NCBI GenBank assembly: GCA_964016885.1
Contig: OZ024743.1
Coordinates: 279,186,001 to 279,250,000 of the forward strand
From: Eledone cirrhosa
Taxonomy: Eukaryota
Reading direction: 5' to 3'
DNA length: 64,000 bases
Positions 15,501 through 27,972 of this stretch are shown piece after piece. Numbering within the stretch: position 1 is the stretch's first letter; the number at the start of each line of letters is the position of its first letter. The notes under the pieces were generated by a model. It was not told where the DNA came from, did no database searches, and saw nothing but the letters and a program-made list of their open reading frames with translations. Position numbers and translations under genes: made by a program.

Positions 15501-16168
15501 AGGAGGAGGCTAGCCCACTGTGCAGGATCTGTGGAGAGAGAGAGGAGACTGTGGCTCACATTGTGTCCGAGTGTAAACACCTAGCCCAGACCCACTATAA
15601 GGGCTGGAGACACGATGTGATGGGCAGGGTGATCCACTGGCACCTGTGCAAAGTAAACAATTTACCACATTCTGAGAAATGGTATGAGCATAGGCCAGAG
15701 GCGGTGATGGAGAACAATCAGGTGAAGGTGCTGTGGGATTTTAGGATACAGACGGACAAAAAACTGGAACACAATAGACCTGACCTGGTGGTTGTGGACA
15801 AAGAAAAAAGATCGTGTCTGATTGTGGATGTGGCCTGCCCGTTCGACACGAGAGTGCAAGAGAAGGAGAGGGAGAAAATTAACCGATACCAGGACCTAAA
15901 GTGGGAGGTGAAAAGGATTTGGAACTGCCATGAAGTCAAAGTGATCCCGATTGTCATAGGCGCACTGGGGACTATCTCCAAAAGTTTCCAGGGATGGTTA
16001 AAGAAAATCGGCCCCTTCACGCTTTTTGGAACGCTTCAAAAGGCATGCTTGCTTGGAACAGCAAGAACCCTCCGATACGTCCTGAATATCTGAGGCTGCA
16101 GGTAGTGGCTTGATATTCAATCCAACGGACTTTCCAGTTAACCAACATCAATGACTGAGATTCAAGGA
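12550..16168 (+). mobile_element. Probably full-length R4/Dong-like RLE LINE (family A)
   Basis: Single long ORF, short 3'UTR and (AAC/AAT)n tail; the 5' boundary is approximate. Confidence 0.9.
12701..16093 (+). CDS. Intact 1130-aa non-LTR retrotransposon protein (N-terminal Myb-like region, RT, CCHC, RLE)
   Basis: W..E.N..VM.CY N-terminus, KSPGPDG, NYRPITCL, WIDYRKAFD, GIFQGDSLSPLLF, LFMDD, YKYLG, CRIC..H...C, RHD, RPD..VD..CP..K..RY. Confidence 0.95.
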   Translation: METRTSCDRLSPNRCPLAQQQEPDCQLNTADVGGRRRRKGARTNWTKELNRTVMQCYLKSNPKERGYRRRMHNIWNEIGLFKLDEQKLAGQARVIRTNGWISELELEELSRENGLEMAGVVCQTSEPVGNEGEEVLRTEEPPEADNDLNTEINNTWNRDTATEEMNADGLGQDSVDILNLVVDELNNDSGRPMNLRFVDRKKLKETRAKVNKVIPYLEARSLHQCNNILKATANTVRKLLGIKARGNNKQERAEPWWKKRLSGQIGVMRNDIGKLESLLNGTLKNIGTKNRLEIKYKTRRKKLNIIIEELKQRIVAKSAKIRRYENRVSQYKQNRMFDNNQKMLFGQLEGKERGNDLIPGAEQTKTFWRGIWEQDVRHNAQAGWIETVQREIGEQAQQQTDLSITVETLKGQAKKLTNWKSPGPDGVQGYWIKHLTSLHPKLTAMFNDCLVSGEVPEWLTKGTTVLIMKDRIKGNDVTNYRPITCLSVMWKLLTSIVSEEICHHLHTNNLLPDEQKGCRKKSRGTKDQLLIDKMVMGNCRRRHTDLAMGWIDYRKAFDMVPHSWITKSLEIFRVADNIRQLLGRSMGSWETELTSTGVSLGSVKIKRGIFQGDSLSPLLFVLALMPLTIMLRKVRAGYKLGRGELTINHLLFMDDLKLFGKSEKELDVLVDTVRIFSSDICMQFGIGKCGVIVMKRGRLSRSNGIQIPTGEMIKEIDSEEGYKYLGVLEADGIKNKKMKELLRTEYIRRVRSVLKSHLNSRNAISAVNSRAVSIIRYSAGILRWNVAEQKEMDRKTRKLLTIYNMFHKRSDVDRLYLRRSEGGRGLISIEDCVQMERNNLYKYVTYSKEPMLRTVLKEGTVGQGMSKEEITSRRKSSLKGKSLHSTFFEKTEFRDPQTWNWLKRGDLKKATEGMLMAAQKQALKTKWLKHHIYKEEASPLCRICGEREETVAHIVSECKHLAQTHYKGWRHDVMGRVIHWHLCKVNNLPHSEKWYEHRPEAVMENNQVKVLWDFRIQTDKKLEHNRPDLVVVDKEKRSCLIVDVACPFDTRVQEKEREKINRYQDLKWEVKRIWNCHEVKVIPIVIGALGTISKSFQGWLKKIGPFTLFGTLQKACLLGTARTLRYVLNI

Positions 16169-16176
16169 ATAACAAC

Positions 16177-16212
<36 letters not shown>
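16169..16212. repeat. (AAT)n tract shared as tail/target by two LINEs
   Basis: Directly visible between the 3' ends of family A (+) and the Tx1-like element (-). Confidence 0.95.
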
Positions 16213-16214
<2 letters not shown>

Positions 16215-16462
16215 TTTCTTTATTAACCACCAGGGTTTATATAAAGTAGACATTAAGGACAGTGCAGGACAATACAGGACGGTACAAATGAGCATTTCTG
16301 CGTGTAAAAAACAAAAACAGAGGATGTAACAAAAATTAACAATGAAAAATTCCCCAATAGGGGGGAGACTTCGGAGGGACATTTGTGAAGAAAGCCCAGT
16401 AAAAGGCCACAATGACCCTGACCACCAATGCAAGTGCCCTCTCCCAGTTTTCCACCTTTAAT

Positions 16463-19400
16463 TTACAGATATATACTCAGAGTAGGCCCATTCACTCGAG
16501 CCATTCTTGCTTCTCTCACCCATCTTTCAACAAAATGCTGGGAAGAGAGCACTTCCCTCTCTACTCTGATTTTCCTTTTCAAATGAAATTTGAAAAAGTC
16601 AATCAGAGCATCACCGAAGAGGTAAGTGCTCGTCTTCAGCCCTTTCAAACGTGTCCACCATACTATCCCTATCGCAATGGCCACCAGACAGATAAAAACT
16701 GCCTGCCCTTCCCGGCTAAAGGAGGAGGGCGGGGCAATCCTCACGATGGACTCAGATGATAGCCGGAACGTCCTAAACGCGACAGCAGGTGTTCGACATA
16801 AACCCACAAGTCAGCAATTTTCGGACACTGGACGAGTGCATGCAGGACGGTTTCGTCGCCCTGCGCGCATCTCGGACATGCCCGGCTGACGGCACCTCCA
16901 TGCCTGTAGAGTTTATCCCGAGCAAGGCTCCTCGGTAGCACTGCCAGGCCAGAGATTTCTGGAAGTTGTCCATAGGCCCTGGCCCGAAAGTTCTTCCGAA
17001 GAGATTGGCTAGTTGATTTTCGTCGACGCCTAGAGTTTCCCCAAGTACGTCGTCGCTCTTCCCCTCCACTAATCCTCTATAGAACGCCGAGGTGGAGTTT
17101 CCACCGATCACATTGCCCGATTGGTCGAGGGCTGTGAGCGCCTGAAGACATTCCAGTCTCCAGGCGCTCCCTCTCGGTCTACGGTTGACCCAGGACTGCA
17201 GCTCCGTCAAGGAAACGAGCTGGGGAAATACGTGTCTAGCAAACGGCGACCACACCTGATCACCGTCGAGGAAGAGGTAGAGATGTCGTAGCCTGAGCGC
17301 GTGCTTGCGCATCATCAGCCACGGCATGCCCAGCCCTCCATGTAGCGGGTGTTGACAACAGATAGACCGCCTGACCATCGGAGCGCGTCCCTTCCACAAA
17401 AAGCGAAAGAGCAAACGCTCCAGCGCAGTCAGGCGAGGCTTAGGACAAGGTACGACGGTCAGGCGGTAGCAGATGACAGATGCGATATACACGTTAGCCA
17501 CCTCCGCTCGACCTTTCAGGGATAGCTTCCTCTCGGCCTATTTCTGGGTGAGAGAAGCCACCCTGCTCGTCACCTCGTCCCAGTTTTTGTCCATCTGGAG
17601 GTCCGGACCCAACCAGACCCCTAGCAATTTAACCGGTCCGTCCGTCCAGCGTCCGACGACGCTGTTGGACGGCATGGACCTGCCTCTCCAGGTGCCGAGC
17701 TGCAGGCCCACTGACTTTTCCTGGTTGATCATTGCTCCTGTCACCGCTTCGTATTCTCTTAGTGTAGTGCCGATCGCCTCGATGTGTTTGGCGTTCGACA
17801 CCACTACGGTGACATCGTCCGCATATGCTGACACGGATCTTCCGCATCCTAGTTCGCGCGGGATGCCCCTCAACGTCTCCAGTTTGTGCAGTAATGGCTC
17901 GAGAGTCAATACATACAAGTGGGACGAGAGGGCACATCCTTCGCGGACCGTGCGCATGATGTTGAACGGTTCCGACTGCCGCTAGGTAACGATGGTCGAC
18001 CCTATCGAAAGCTTTCGACTGATCTAAATTGATCAAGGACCCACCCGTGCCAGGTTCCCTAGCTACCCTCTCTACGATGTATCGCATGAGTTGGAGGTTG
18101 TCATGGATGGATCTGTCGGGAATGGCGCATGTCTGCGCCTCTCCCACCAGACCACCAACGACAAGCGCCAACCTCTTTGCTAGCACCTTGGCCAAAATCT
18201 TGAACTCTGCGTTTAGCAGAGTTATGGGCCGGAAATTATCTATGTTATCCCCCTTGTTCGGATCCTTTCTCAGCAGTGCCACCGCTCCTCGGCTCACAGA
18301 ACTGGGAATTCTCCCGTTCTGTTGCCAGTTGCAGTAGACGTCCGCCGAGAAGCCTCCGAACAAGTCTGGCATCTGTACGTAAAGTTCATAGGGCAGACCA
18401 TCCAAACCAGGCGATTTACCCCTTGTGCAGCCAGTCATTGCCTCCCTTACTTTAGCGGCTGTTATCGGCTTTTCGCAACACTTCGTCTTAGTGGCCGAGA
18501 GCCGCGGCAGTCCGTCGAGGTAGACACTAAAGTCCATCCCTCGACCCGGCCCACCGCTGCTCCCGAACAGCTGAGCGAAGTGTCGCTGAAAAGCTTCGCA
18601 CATTTGCCCGGGATCGAGTAGCATGCGCCTGTCGTGGTCCACCAAAGACCGGATCGTGGCTTTGTTGCCACGACGCGCCTCCGCCACTCTGGCCCATTGA
18701 ACGGCTTTCGTCCCCTCGTGTCTGAAAGCACGCACCCTTGCTCTGACAACGCAGCCTTCGTGCTTTGCATTGAAGAATTGGTCAAGGGCCAATTTCGCCG
18801 CAAGCACATCAGTCGCAATGCCTTTGCTAAGCGCCTCGTCTAATTTTCTTACTAGTTCTCCCTCTGCTCTATTTTTCTCTATTGCTAAAGCCTTACTAAA
18901 CCTAATGGATTCTATTCTAATCGCTCTTTTCAGAGCAAACCACCACTTGTCGTTGACGATGGCCCCCGTCAACCCCCGCTCAACTAGTTCGCTAATCCGG
19001 TCTCTGTAGGCCTTGCGCGCTGGTAAGGACGCGTTTAGCTTCCAATAGCCGGGTCCTCGTCTATGAAGCCTATCTAAGTCAAGCACACAGATCACGAATT
19101 TGTGGTCCGTGTAGCTGACTATCTTGAATTGTGGACAGCCTATGCTAGACCTATCTATTTCCCTACAAAATAATCTATCTAGATATGATCTGGATGACCC
19201 TATGCGATTCGTCCAAGACCACATTGGCACATTCGGGAAATCCAATCGGTACCTGTCAGACAGTTCAAAACGCCTGAGCAGGTTGGTGAGGCTCTTGCAC
19301 CCTCCACCCCTATCCGCTAATCCCACACAGTCCCAGCGTGCATCTAAGATCCCGTTCCAGTTTCCCACTAACACTAAAGAGCGGGACGTTCCAAGAAAGG

Positions 19401-19782
19401 TCTCCAGACGCTGGAAGAAATCAGGCCGCCCTGCTCCTGTCGGGGCATAGACGGCCACTAGCCTGAAAGCTTGCCTGTCTCCGCTGGTCACGTCCAGCAC
19501 CACCAGCTTACCCTCTGGGTCCAGGAAGATGGCCCGTATGGCGAGATCCAAACCTCTCCGAAAAAGCACAGCAACTCCACCCCCCGATCCAGGACGGCTG
19601 GGAGATGCGTACACATCGTAGCCGCCGAAGATCGGTGCGAAGGCCCGTGCTTCGGAGATTCTGGTCTCGCTGATGGCCACTACATCTATGTTTAGTGACC
19701 TGAGGTCGTTGAGCAGGTGACCCTGCTTCCATGACGACCCCAAGCCACGCGCATTTATGCTGCCTATTCTGAGTGAGGTCAT
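16463..19782 (-). pseudogene. Tx1-like ORF2 (APE endonuclease, RT, C-terminal zinc finger), disrupted
   Basis: SINARGL, ISETR, VYAP, G.WN, YLD, TDH; KSPGLDG, NFRPITLLN, DQSKAFDRV, AYADD, CPRC..ETVLHALVQC; internal deletion near 17960-17980 and frameshifts. Confidence 0.92.
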
Positions 19783-19817
19783 GTTTAAAATAGAGTGGAA
19801 AAGATGGGAAAAACCAC

Positions 19818-21977
19818 TTACCGTACTTTTCGTAGAGGAGGGATGGTTTTTACATCCCTTTTCACTTGATCGTCTGGTGAAGGGACCGTTGAATCGTCCC
19901 TTCGGCTGGTCATCGGCTCTTCTATGAGTATGTCCGAATATACTCTTCGGTTGATAGTTCCTCCTAGGTCTCTGAAATCAACAACTGCGTTGGGGAATTT
20001 CGTTTTAATGTTTGTGTATTGTTTCTGTGCTATTTTTAGCAGTCTTATGTTAGTTGGCGTTTTGATTGGTGCTGGTATTATGTAGTCGTGTTGTGAAATG
20101 TCTGTGTGTTCAATTATGTAAGTCATTAGTTTCTTGTTGTGTGTATTTATTGCCGTGCATTTGTTTTTCTGGGGGTGGGGTGTGGTTCTGCTATTTTCTT
20201 GTCGTTTTTGCTGGGTGTGTGTGTTTTGTTGTTGTGTTTGCGATGTTGGTGCTTGTAGTGGTGGTGTTAAAGGTGTTGTTGTTGTTGGCGGTGGGGTTGT
20301 CGCCGGTGGTGATGGTGGTGCTAGTATGGGTGGTTATGGTGTTGGTGGTATTGCTGCTGTGAGTCTCTTCTGCAGTAGCCTTTACCCTTTTTTCATTTCT
20401 TTCCTCCCTTTTCAAAGGCGACGATGCGCTGCTTCTGCGTTTGTGCCTTCTTACGACCTTTTGCCATCCCTCTCCCACCTCACACTCCATGTCTGATTCT
20501 GTGAGGTCGGGGAGGAGTACCAGCTCCACTCTTTCACTTGTTGTTGTTGGTGATGTTTGCACTGGAGTCTCTGTTGCAGCTGCATTTGGTATTGCTGTTG
20601 TTGTTGTTGTTAATACTTCCACTGCTGCTGCTGTTTTTGATTTCCGAGGCGTGGGTATGGGTGCCACGGACCTATCGTTCCTGGTTGCCGCTTGTCCTGT
20701 TGCTGGTAGCCGTGGAGCCGGTTTCGGAAGGAGGGGGGTTTTCTCCTTTCTCGGGGTCTTCTCGTTGCAGAAGGCCCTGAGGTGAGTCTTCGATCCACAG
20801 CGAAAGAATTTCGGGCGTTTGCCCTCAACACTTATGGGCAGTTGAGTGCCGTTATCGAAGTCTATCACATCCGGGATAGCTTCGATGCACTCCTGGTTGG
20901 TTTGGATTAACATCTCAATGGGGGTGCCGACCCAATCTTCTCTTACTTTTTTCTGTACTTGCAGTACAGTTGTTTTGTCCTCGATTCCGACGAGGACAGA
21001 CGCGGCCAGCCAAGAAGGGGCCATCCGGGGGGGGGGGGGGCGTGGATCAGTTTGATCCACACAATTTTTTGCCCGCAGTAGGAGGGCACCAACACCATTT
21101 CCTCGCTCCTTAGGGTCACTACGGATTGAGCCTTTGCCTCCTGGGGTGTGGCAAAAAGCACGTCTACGGTGGCATATTTCATGCCTCGGGTGATGTGCAT
21201 TTTCCGCTGCCACACAGACCCTAAGGCTTTTTGTATTTGAGCCTCTGTGGCTCTTTCAACCCTACGGGATTTTGTGCTTACTGTACGGTACGTGACCGTA
21301 CAGTGCTGTTGGGTTTCGAAAAATGTTTCGGCTGCCTTGCAGATTGCTCGGTGTCCGGTTTTCGTCACCATCTTCTTCGCTTCCTCTAATTCCTCATTTG
21401 TTATGAGGATAGTTTCCAGGTTCTTTGCGATACCTGCAAATGAGATTGGTTTTTCTTTGCTGCTGTTGTTGTTGTTGTTGTTTTTGTTGTTGTCGTCAGA
21501 GCTGCTGTTACTTTTGTTGTTGCTGCAGGCACTACGACTACTGCCGCCGCCGCTGTTGCTGTGGTTGTTGTTGTTGCTGCTGCTGCTGTTGTTGTTGCTG
21601 TTGCTGCTAATGCTGTTGTTGATTATACTGCTGCTGATGCTGTTGCCGCTGCTACTGTTGTTTTCCTTGTCACCGTTGCTGCTGCTGCTGTTCTTACGGC
21701 TGCTACTGCTATTATTCCTGACGTCAGACGAATGAAATGGGTATTCGTATTTCCCGCACACCTTTTTCGTCGTTGTCGTCGTTGTCGTGGAGAAATCTTG
21801 CACGCTTTGCACGTGATTTTTCTTTTCTGGCGTCGCTTGCGAAAGAGAAGGGAGGGAGAGAGACACATTTAGATAAGGGAGGGAGAGAGACAATCTTTTC
21901 TCTGCTGTAGTGACGATTGGGGAAGAAGAAGACGGAATGAGTGGGAGTGACCTATGAAAATTCTTTTTCGTAGCCAT
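19818..21977 (-). pseudogene. Tx1-like ORF1 with N/S-rich N-terminus and zinc knuckle, frameshifted
   Basis: MATKKNF start; homologous to ORF 44316-45944 (EGKRP..F.CG..TH.RAFC); frameshift at the G-run near 21026-21040. Confidence 0.8.
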
Positions 21978-22195
21978 ATTTTTTTTTTTTTGTTTAAAAT
22001 AAATATTGGGCACAAAATCCCAATAAGCGGTTATTTAACCCCGAAGTGCCAAATAACGGGCAGAAAGACCCCTCTCACGAGGAGGAGGGTGTTTTTGTCT
22101 ACAAGTTGGTTAAAGTTTTAAACAATTTACAATTGTTATAGCGGTCAAAATTTACAATACCTTACAGAGCCGAGCCTCCGTCAACCATAGCATTC

Positions 22196-22248
<53 letters not shown>

Positions 22249-22250
<2 letters not shown>

Positions 22251-23338
22251 TTGAGCAGAAGTAACGGAATCCGTGTACCAACAGGTGAGATGATAAAGGA
22301 AATTGACTCTGAAGAAGGATACAAGTATTCGGGTGTTCTGGAGGTTGATGACATCAAGAACAAAAAAATGAAGGAATTGATAAGAACTGAATACATTCGG
22401 AGAGTAAGGAGCGTATTAAAGTCACATCTAAACAGTAGGAATACCATAAGTGCTGTAAATTCCCGAGCTGTATCTATTATTAGGTACAGTGTGGGAATTC
22501 TGAGATGGAATGTTGCTGAACAAAAAGAAATGGATAGGAAGACTAGGAAGCTATTGACTATCTACAACATGTTCCACAAGAGGAGTGATGTCGATAGACT
22601 CTACTTAATGACATCTGAAGGTGGAAGAGGTCTTATCAGTATAGAGGACCGTGTTCAGATGGAGAAAAACAACCTACACAAATACGTGACTGATAGTAAG
22701 GAGCCAATGCTCAGAACTGTACTGAAGGAGGAGACAATAGACCAGGGGATGTCCAAGGAAGAAATAACATCAAGGAGATAGAGCAGCCTTCAGGAAAAAT
22801 CCCTTCATAGTACCTTCTTTGAGAAAACTGAATTCAGAAATCCACAGACATGGAACTGGTTGAAAAGAGGAGACCTTAAAAAGGCTACAGAAGTAATATT
22901 AATGGCTGCGCAGGAGCAGGCCTTCAAAGTGGTTGAAACACCATATTTACAAGGAGGAGGCTAGCCCACTGTGCAGGATCTGTGGAGAGAGAGAGGAGAC
23001 TGTGGCTCACATTGTATCCGAGTGTAAACACCTAGCCCAGACTCACTATAAGGGCTGGAGACATGATGTGATGGGCAGGGTGATCCACTGGCACCTATGC
23101 AAAGTAAACAATTTACCACGTTCTTAAAGTGGGAGGTAAAAGGATTTGGAACTGCCATGAAGTCAAAGTGGTCCCGATTGACATAGGCGCACTAGGTACT
23201 ATCTCAAAAAGTTTCCAGGGATGGTTAAAGAAAATTGGCCCCGCCACGCTTTTTGGAACGCTTCAAAAGGCATGCTTGTTGGGAACAGCAAGAACCCTCC
23301 GATACGTCCTGAATATCTGAGGCTGCAGGTAGTGGCTT
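22249..23338 (+). pseudogene. 5'-truncated, internally deleted copy of LINE family A
   Basis: High identity to 14795-16111; follows (AAT)n; stops and a deletion near 23127. Confidence 0.92.
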
Positions 23339-23559
23339 CCTCACCAACAATATAAAAAGCCCCGGCACCACCACCGACATAGCCAACAACAATAACAGCC
23401 AACTACAACAAAAAGTATATTATATTATTGTAATGCACTGGGTGATTGCTGGCCTTGCGCCTGGAGTGGAGACAATTATTAATAATTTCATTCTTAAGCC
23501 ACGCAATGCTCACATTAAGGAACCACTCATGATAATAACAATTTAAAAAAAAACAACAA

Positions 23560-26500
23560 AAAGAAAACCCCGTGACCAAGAAATACCGGGATGGCGGCCG
23601 GCGGAGAATAGCCATGTCCCTAGGGGAGAACGACCCCTCTAGTCTTGGTTGACACTCGTTCTAGAAGTGGTAACACGAAATGATTACCCCTTGGCGGATA
23701 AGGATAAAACGCGACAAAATAAAGTAAATGTCTAATGATAAAATCTCATACCGGATCGGCCGTCACCCGGGTAAAAAAGGGCCGCGTCCCTCAGAGAGGA
23801 ACCAGACTGGGGTCGAAAAATCAGCTAATGGTTCAAACCTTCCCATCACTTCGGAGCTGGAGACCTCCCATAACCGGAATACTCCTACTGTTGGCCCTCC
23901 ATGCTCACCACCAAGAAATCCAAAGAAAAAGAGAAAAATGGTCAAGGGAAGATAATAAAGAAGTCCCTGAGGCTTTCTACACTGCCATGTACTACCCATC
24001 AAATACATCGAATACAGAACAAACATATATCAACTGGAAAAAGAAACATCCCGAAAACAGAGGCTATATTGACAGTAACAAACTAGCCAATATACGAAGA
24101 AATATTGTAAGAAAAAAGTTACTAACTGATATAGAAATTGATCAGATCAAGCTATTAGCACAAAGTCAGCGAAGGGAAAATAAAGCATGTGTCAGTGAAA
24201 ACGAGGTAAACTGAACACTTCGAATCCCGGGGTTGGGGCGGAATCACTGGCAACAGAACAAATTAAAGAAAGGAGCGAAAAAGTGGAGGGAGTGCATGCT
24301 CAGGATGAAACTCCAAATGAAAATAATGAGATCGTAAATGATAAAGAAATGAATGAGAATGAACTTGCCAACTTGAAGGATGAAATTATGATCGAATGGA
24401 TGAAAATGAAATAATCTGACATGGGGCAACGAGACACCCTCCCTAAGATCCAGAACTCCAAACAGAACCAAAAGATAATACACAAGACTAACATAATTCT
24501 CAAAAACATTATCATCACAAACAAACTAAACATTACTGACTTAAATCATCTCTATTATGCATCGGCTAAAGTCACCACTCACTTATGTGGAGTGAAGATG
24601 AAAAAACAAAGGAATTCCCACAATAAATCTACTTAGCAAGATAACATCAATCGCCAAATAAACCTTCTCCGATCTGACATAGAAATTTTAACAAACTATA
24701 AAGTAGGTGAACATGTTAAACAAACTAAATTTAGAAAATTGAAAAAAAAGTACAGTATAAGATCAACATGTGATATAGACATGCTGATAGAAACAATCAA
24801 GCAAAAAGTGTCGGCCAAAGCTGCTCGTATAAGGCGCTTTGAAAAACGATCTAAATTCTATAAGGACAATAATATGTTCAAAAACAACCAAAGAAACTTC
24901 TACAGAAAAATTGGTAAGTCAACAATAACTGCTAAATCAATACCACCCAAGGAGGAAGTGCAAGAATTCTGGGAAAAGATCTGGGCCGAAGAAAAAGTTC
25001 ATAACATACATGCCCCATGGATAGACAGACAAATGAAAGATACAGCTCACCTTGAAGAACAAACATGGGAAAATATAACAGTTGAACAGTTGCGCTTGGC
25101 TGTAAGAAAAACCAGCAAATTGAAATCCCCAGGAAAAGACAAAATACAAAACTTTTGGATAAATGCCTTCACAGAGTCTCATGAGCTGTTAGCCCAACTT
25201 TACAATGAAATAGTTAAGGAGCCAGAAAAGATACCATCATGGCTAGTTAACGGCATTACATTCCTGCTACCGAAGAATGATGAGACAAACAATCCCAAAA
25301 ATTACAGACCGATAACCTGCTTGACCACAATGTATAACATTTTAACATCAGTCCTAACTGAATACACATATGACCACCTGATAACAAATGACCTATTTCC
25401 CATTGAGCAGAAAGGGTGTAAACGAGGCTCATATGGCTGTAAGGATCAGCTTCTGGTTAACAAAACGATACTGGAAGATTGTCATAATAGACACAAAAAT
25501 CTATCGATTGCTTGGATAGATTATAAAAAAGCATTCGATAGTTTGCCACACAGTTGGATTGAAAAATGTTTAGAGATTTTCAAAATATCCCCCGTTGTCA
25601 GGAGGTTTTTGTCATTCAGTATGAAGACATGGAGAACGACACTCCTTTTGAATAGTGAAACAAAATCACTGGAAGCTGGAGAAGTTAATATTAATTGTGG
25701 ACTTTTTCAGGGTGACTCTTTATCACCGCTTTTATTCTGCATCGCACTTATACCATTAAGTAAAATGCTCAATGAAACAAAACATGGATATAGAGTCTAT
25801 GACAAAACCATTAATCACCTGTTCTACATGGATGACCTGAAACTATTTGCAAAAAATGATGAACAATTGCAAGGGCTATTATCCACTGTGAAGCAGTTCA
25901 GTGATGACATTATATGGAGTTTGGACTGGATAAATGCGCCAAAGCAACGTTCACCAGAGGAAAGCTGCTGAAGAGTTCAGACATTAATCTTGATCGGAGG
26001 AACGTGATAAGAGAGCTTGATCAAGAAAAAACTTACAAATATCTAGGTGTTTGTGAAGGAGACGGAATCAAGCACTCGACAATGAGGGAAAGGATAAGGA
26101 AGGAATGATACCGCAGAGTCAGAGCAATCTTAAGAACGGAATTGAATGCAAGGAATAGGATCGATGCCATAAACACGCTTGCCATACCAGTAGTAACCTA
26201 CAGTTACAATGTCATCAACTGGTCAAGCACAGAGATCCGTAGGCTCGATACAAAAATCCGAAAATTCTTAACCATGCACAGAATGCATCACCCTAAGGCA
26301 GACATAGATAGAATATATCTCCCTAGGAAAGAAGGAGGACGTGGGTTAATCCAGTTAGACATTGCGTTGAAAACTGCAACAATTGGATTATCCACATATC
26401 TAAGGGAATCACATGATTGGATGATCAAACTCGTTTTGAAACACGAAAGCACCAAAAGATCATATTCCATTACAAAAGATGCACAAAGATACAGTAATGG

Positions 26501-27514
26501 ACTACACATTTCAGAAGTCCCATTTACTGCTGAAATGGAAAACACAGAAAAAGCAAAGCAGGTAAAAGTAACTGCAAAGAAAGAACTGCTACAGAAACTG
26601 GCTAAGAAATGGCAAGAAAAGCCTCTGTATGGAAAATACCCAGAGCGAGCTAACAATCCTGATGTTGACAAAACCTTAACCCATCAGTGGTTGGCATCCT
26701 CTGGACTGAAATCGGAGACTGAAGGACTGATTATATCGGCACAAGATCAGTGTCTGCCAACAAAAAATTACCAAGCCAACATAATAAAAAATGGGTGCAG
26801 CCCATTATGCCGTGTATGCAAAAAACAACCAGAGACCATTGACCATATAATTTCAATGTGCAGTCCTATAGCTCCAACCGAATACATAAAAAGGCATGAC
26901 AGAGCTGCACAATACATACATTGGATAATGTGTAAGCATTTTGACCTGCCCCATCAAAAGAATTGGTGGGAGCACCAACCACCTCCCATACTTGAAAAAG
27001 ATCACATCTCAATCTTGTGGAACTTTAGCATCCAAACAGACCGACAAATAGATGCAAATAGACCTGATATAATATTGAAGGACTTTCAAAGGAGGGTATG
27101 CCTGCTAATTGATATGTCTGTTCCAATAGACAAGAATGTATCTATAAAAACATTTGAAAAATTGAGCAAGTATAAGGACCTGGAGATAGAAATTGGAAAA
27201 ATGTGGAAATTGAGAACTAAAACAATACCAGTGGTTGTAAGCGCTCTAGGAATGATACCTAAGGGGTCTAACGACTACTTATCGCAAATCCCAGGAAACC
27301 CGCGTATAGGAGAAATACAAAAGATAGTACTAATGGGAACTGCCCATATACTAAGGAAGATCCTGTCAATATAAATACATCACAAGTCTAAACACTAAGG
27401 ATGCATGTGTGAATATGTATGTTCTTTCTTGAACATGGCGGACCTTGTTGTCTCTTGAGGTCACTGGTTGTGACTTGGTGATAACTCGTATGAACATAAA
27501 GCAAGATAAATGCA
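23560..27514 (+). mobile_element. Near full-length R4/Dong-like RLE LINE (family B), decayed, with (AAT)n tail
   Basis: GC-rich 5'UTR, ORF pieces 23728-27374, tail at 27515-27540; the 5' boundary is approximate. Confidence 0.9.
23728..27374 (+). pseudogene. Family B ORF (RT, CCHC, RLE) with stops and frameshifts
   Basis: KWSREDN N-terminus, NYRPITCL, WIDYKKAFD, FQGDSLSPLLF, YMDD, YKYLG, CRVC..H..C, RHD, RPD. Confidence 0.92.
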
Positions 27515-27566
27515 AATAATAATAATAATAATAATAATAAGAAGAAGAAGAAGAATTATAATAAAG

Positions 27567-27751
27567 ATAATTGTTTCTACTTTTGGCACAAGGCCACAAT
27601 AACCCAGTGCATTACTGGTACTTTATTTTATCGACTCCGTAAGGATGAAAGGCAAAGTTAACCTCGGTGGGATTTGAACTCAGAATGGCAAGGGCCGTAA
27701 CTCTATGCGTCAAAGCATGTTGTCTGACCCTCTACCGATACTGCCAATCCA
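27567..27751 (-). mobile_element. ~185-bp tRNA-type SINE
   Basis: Head TGGATTGGCAGTATCGG, B-box-like GAGTTCAAATCC, tail TAGAAACAATTAT. Confidence 0.85.
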
Positions 27752-27972
27752 CCTAATTATAATAAACATAATAACAACCTATATCTTTATAACCAAAATC
27801 CTATCCCCAACTAATATCTCCATTATCAACCTTAATAGTATCACTATCACTAATCCCGCTAGTATCAATATTGTGGATATCAATATCACCACGGTTGCCA
27901 CATACACCATGGCCAGCATCACGTACAACATTCCTACAATAGCAGCAAATAATATTCGCACTTAGAAACTAC

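Larger units (their letters stand above)
16213..22195 (-). mobile_element. Full-length Tx1/L1-clade LINE flanked by (AAT)n on both sides
   Basis: 5'UTR starts GAATGCTATGG at 22195; ORF1 and ORF2 present; 3' end AATAAAGAAATC(ATT)n; homologous to 44326-49645. Confidence 0.92.

Noticed and set aside
12898-16020. Antisense ORFs over the LINEs (also within 17.4-21.9 kb and 44.5-49.2 kb)
   Set aside because: Shadow ORFs of real retroelement reading frames with no recognisable motifs
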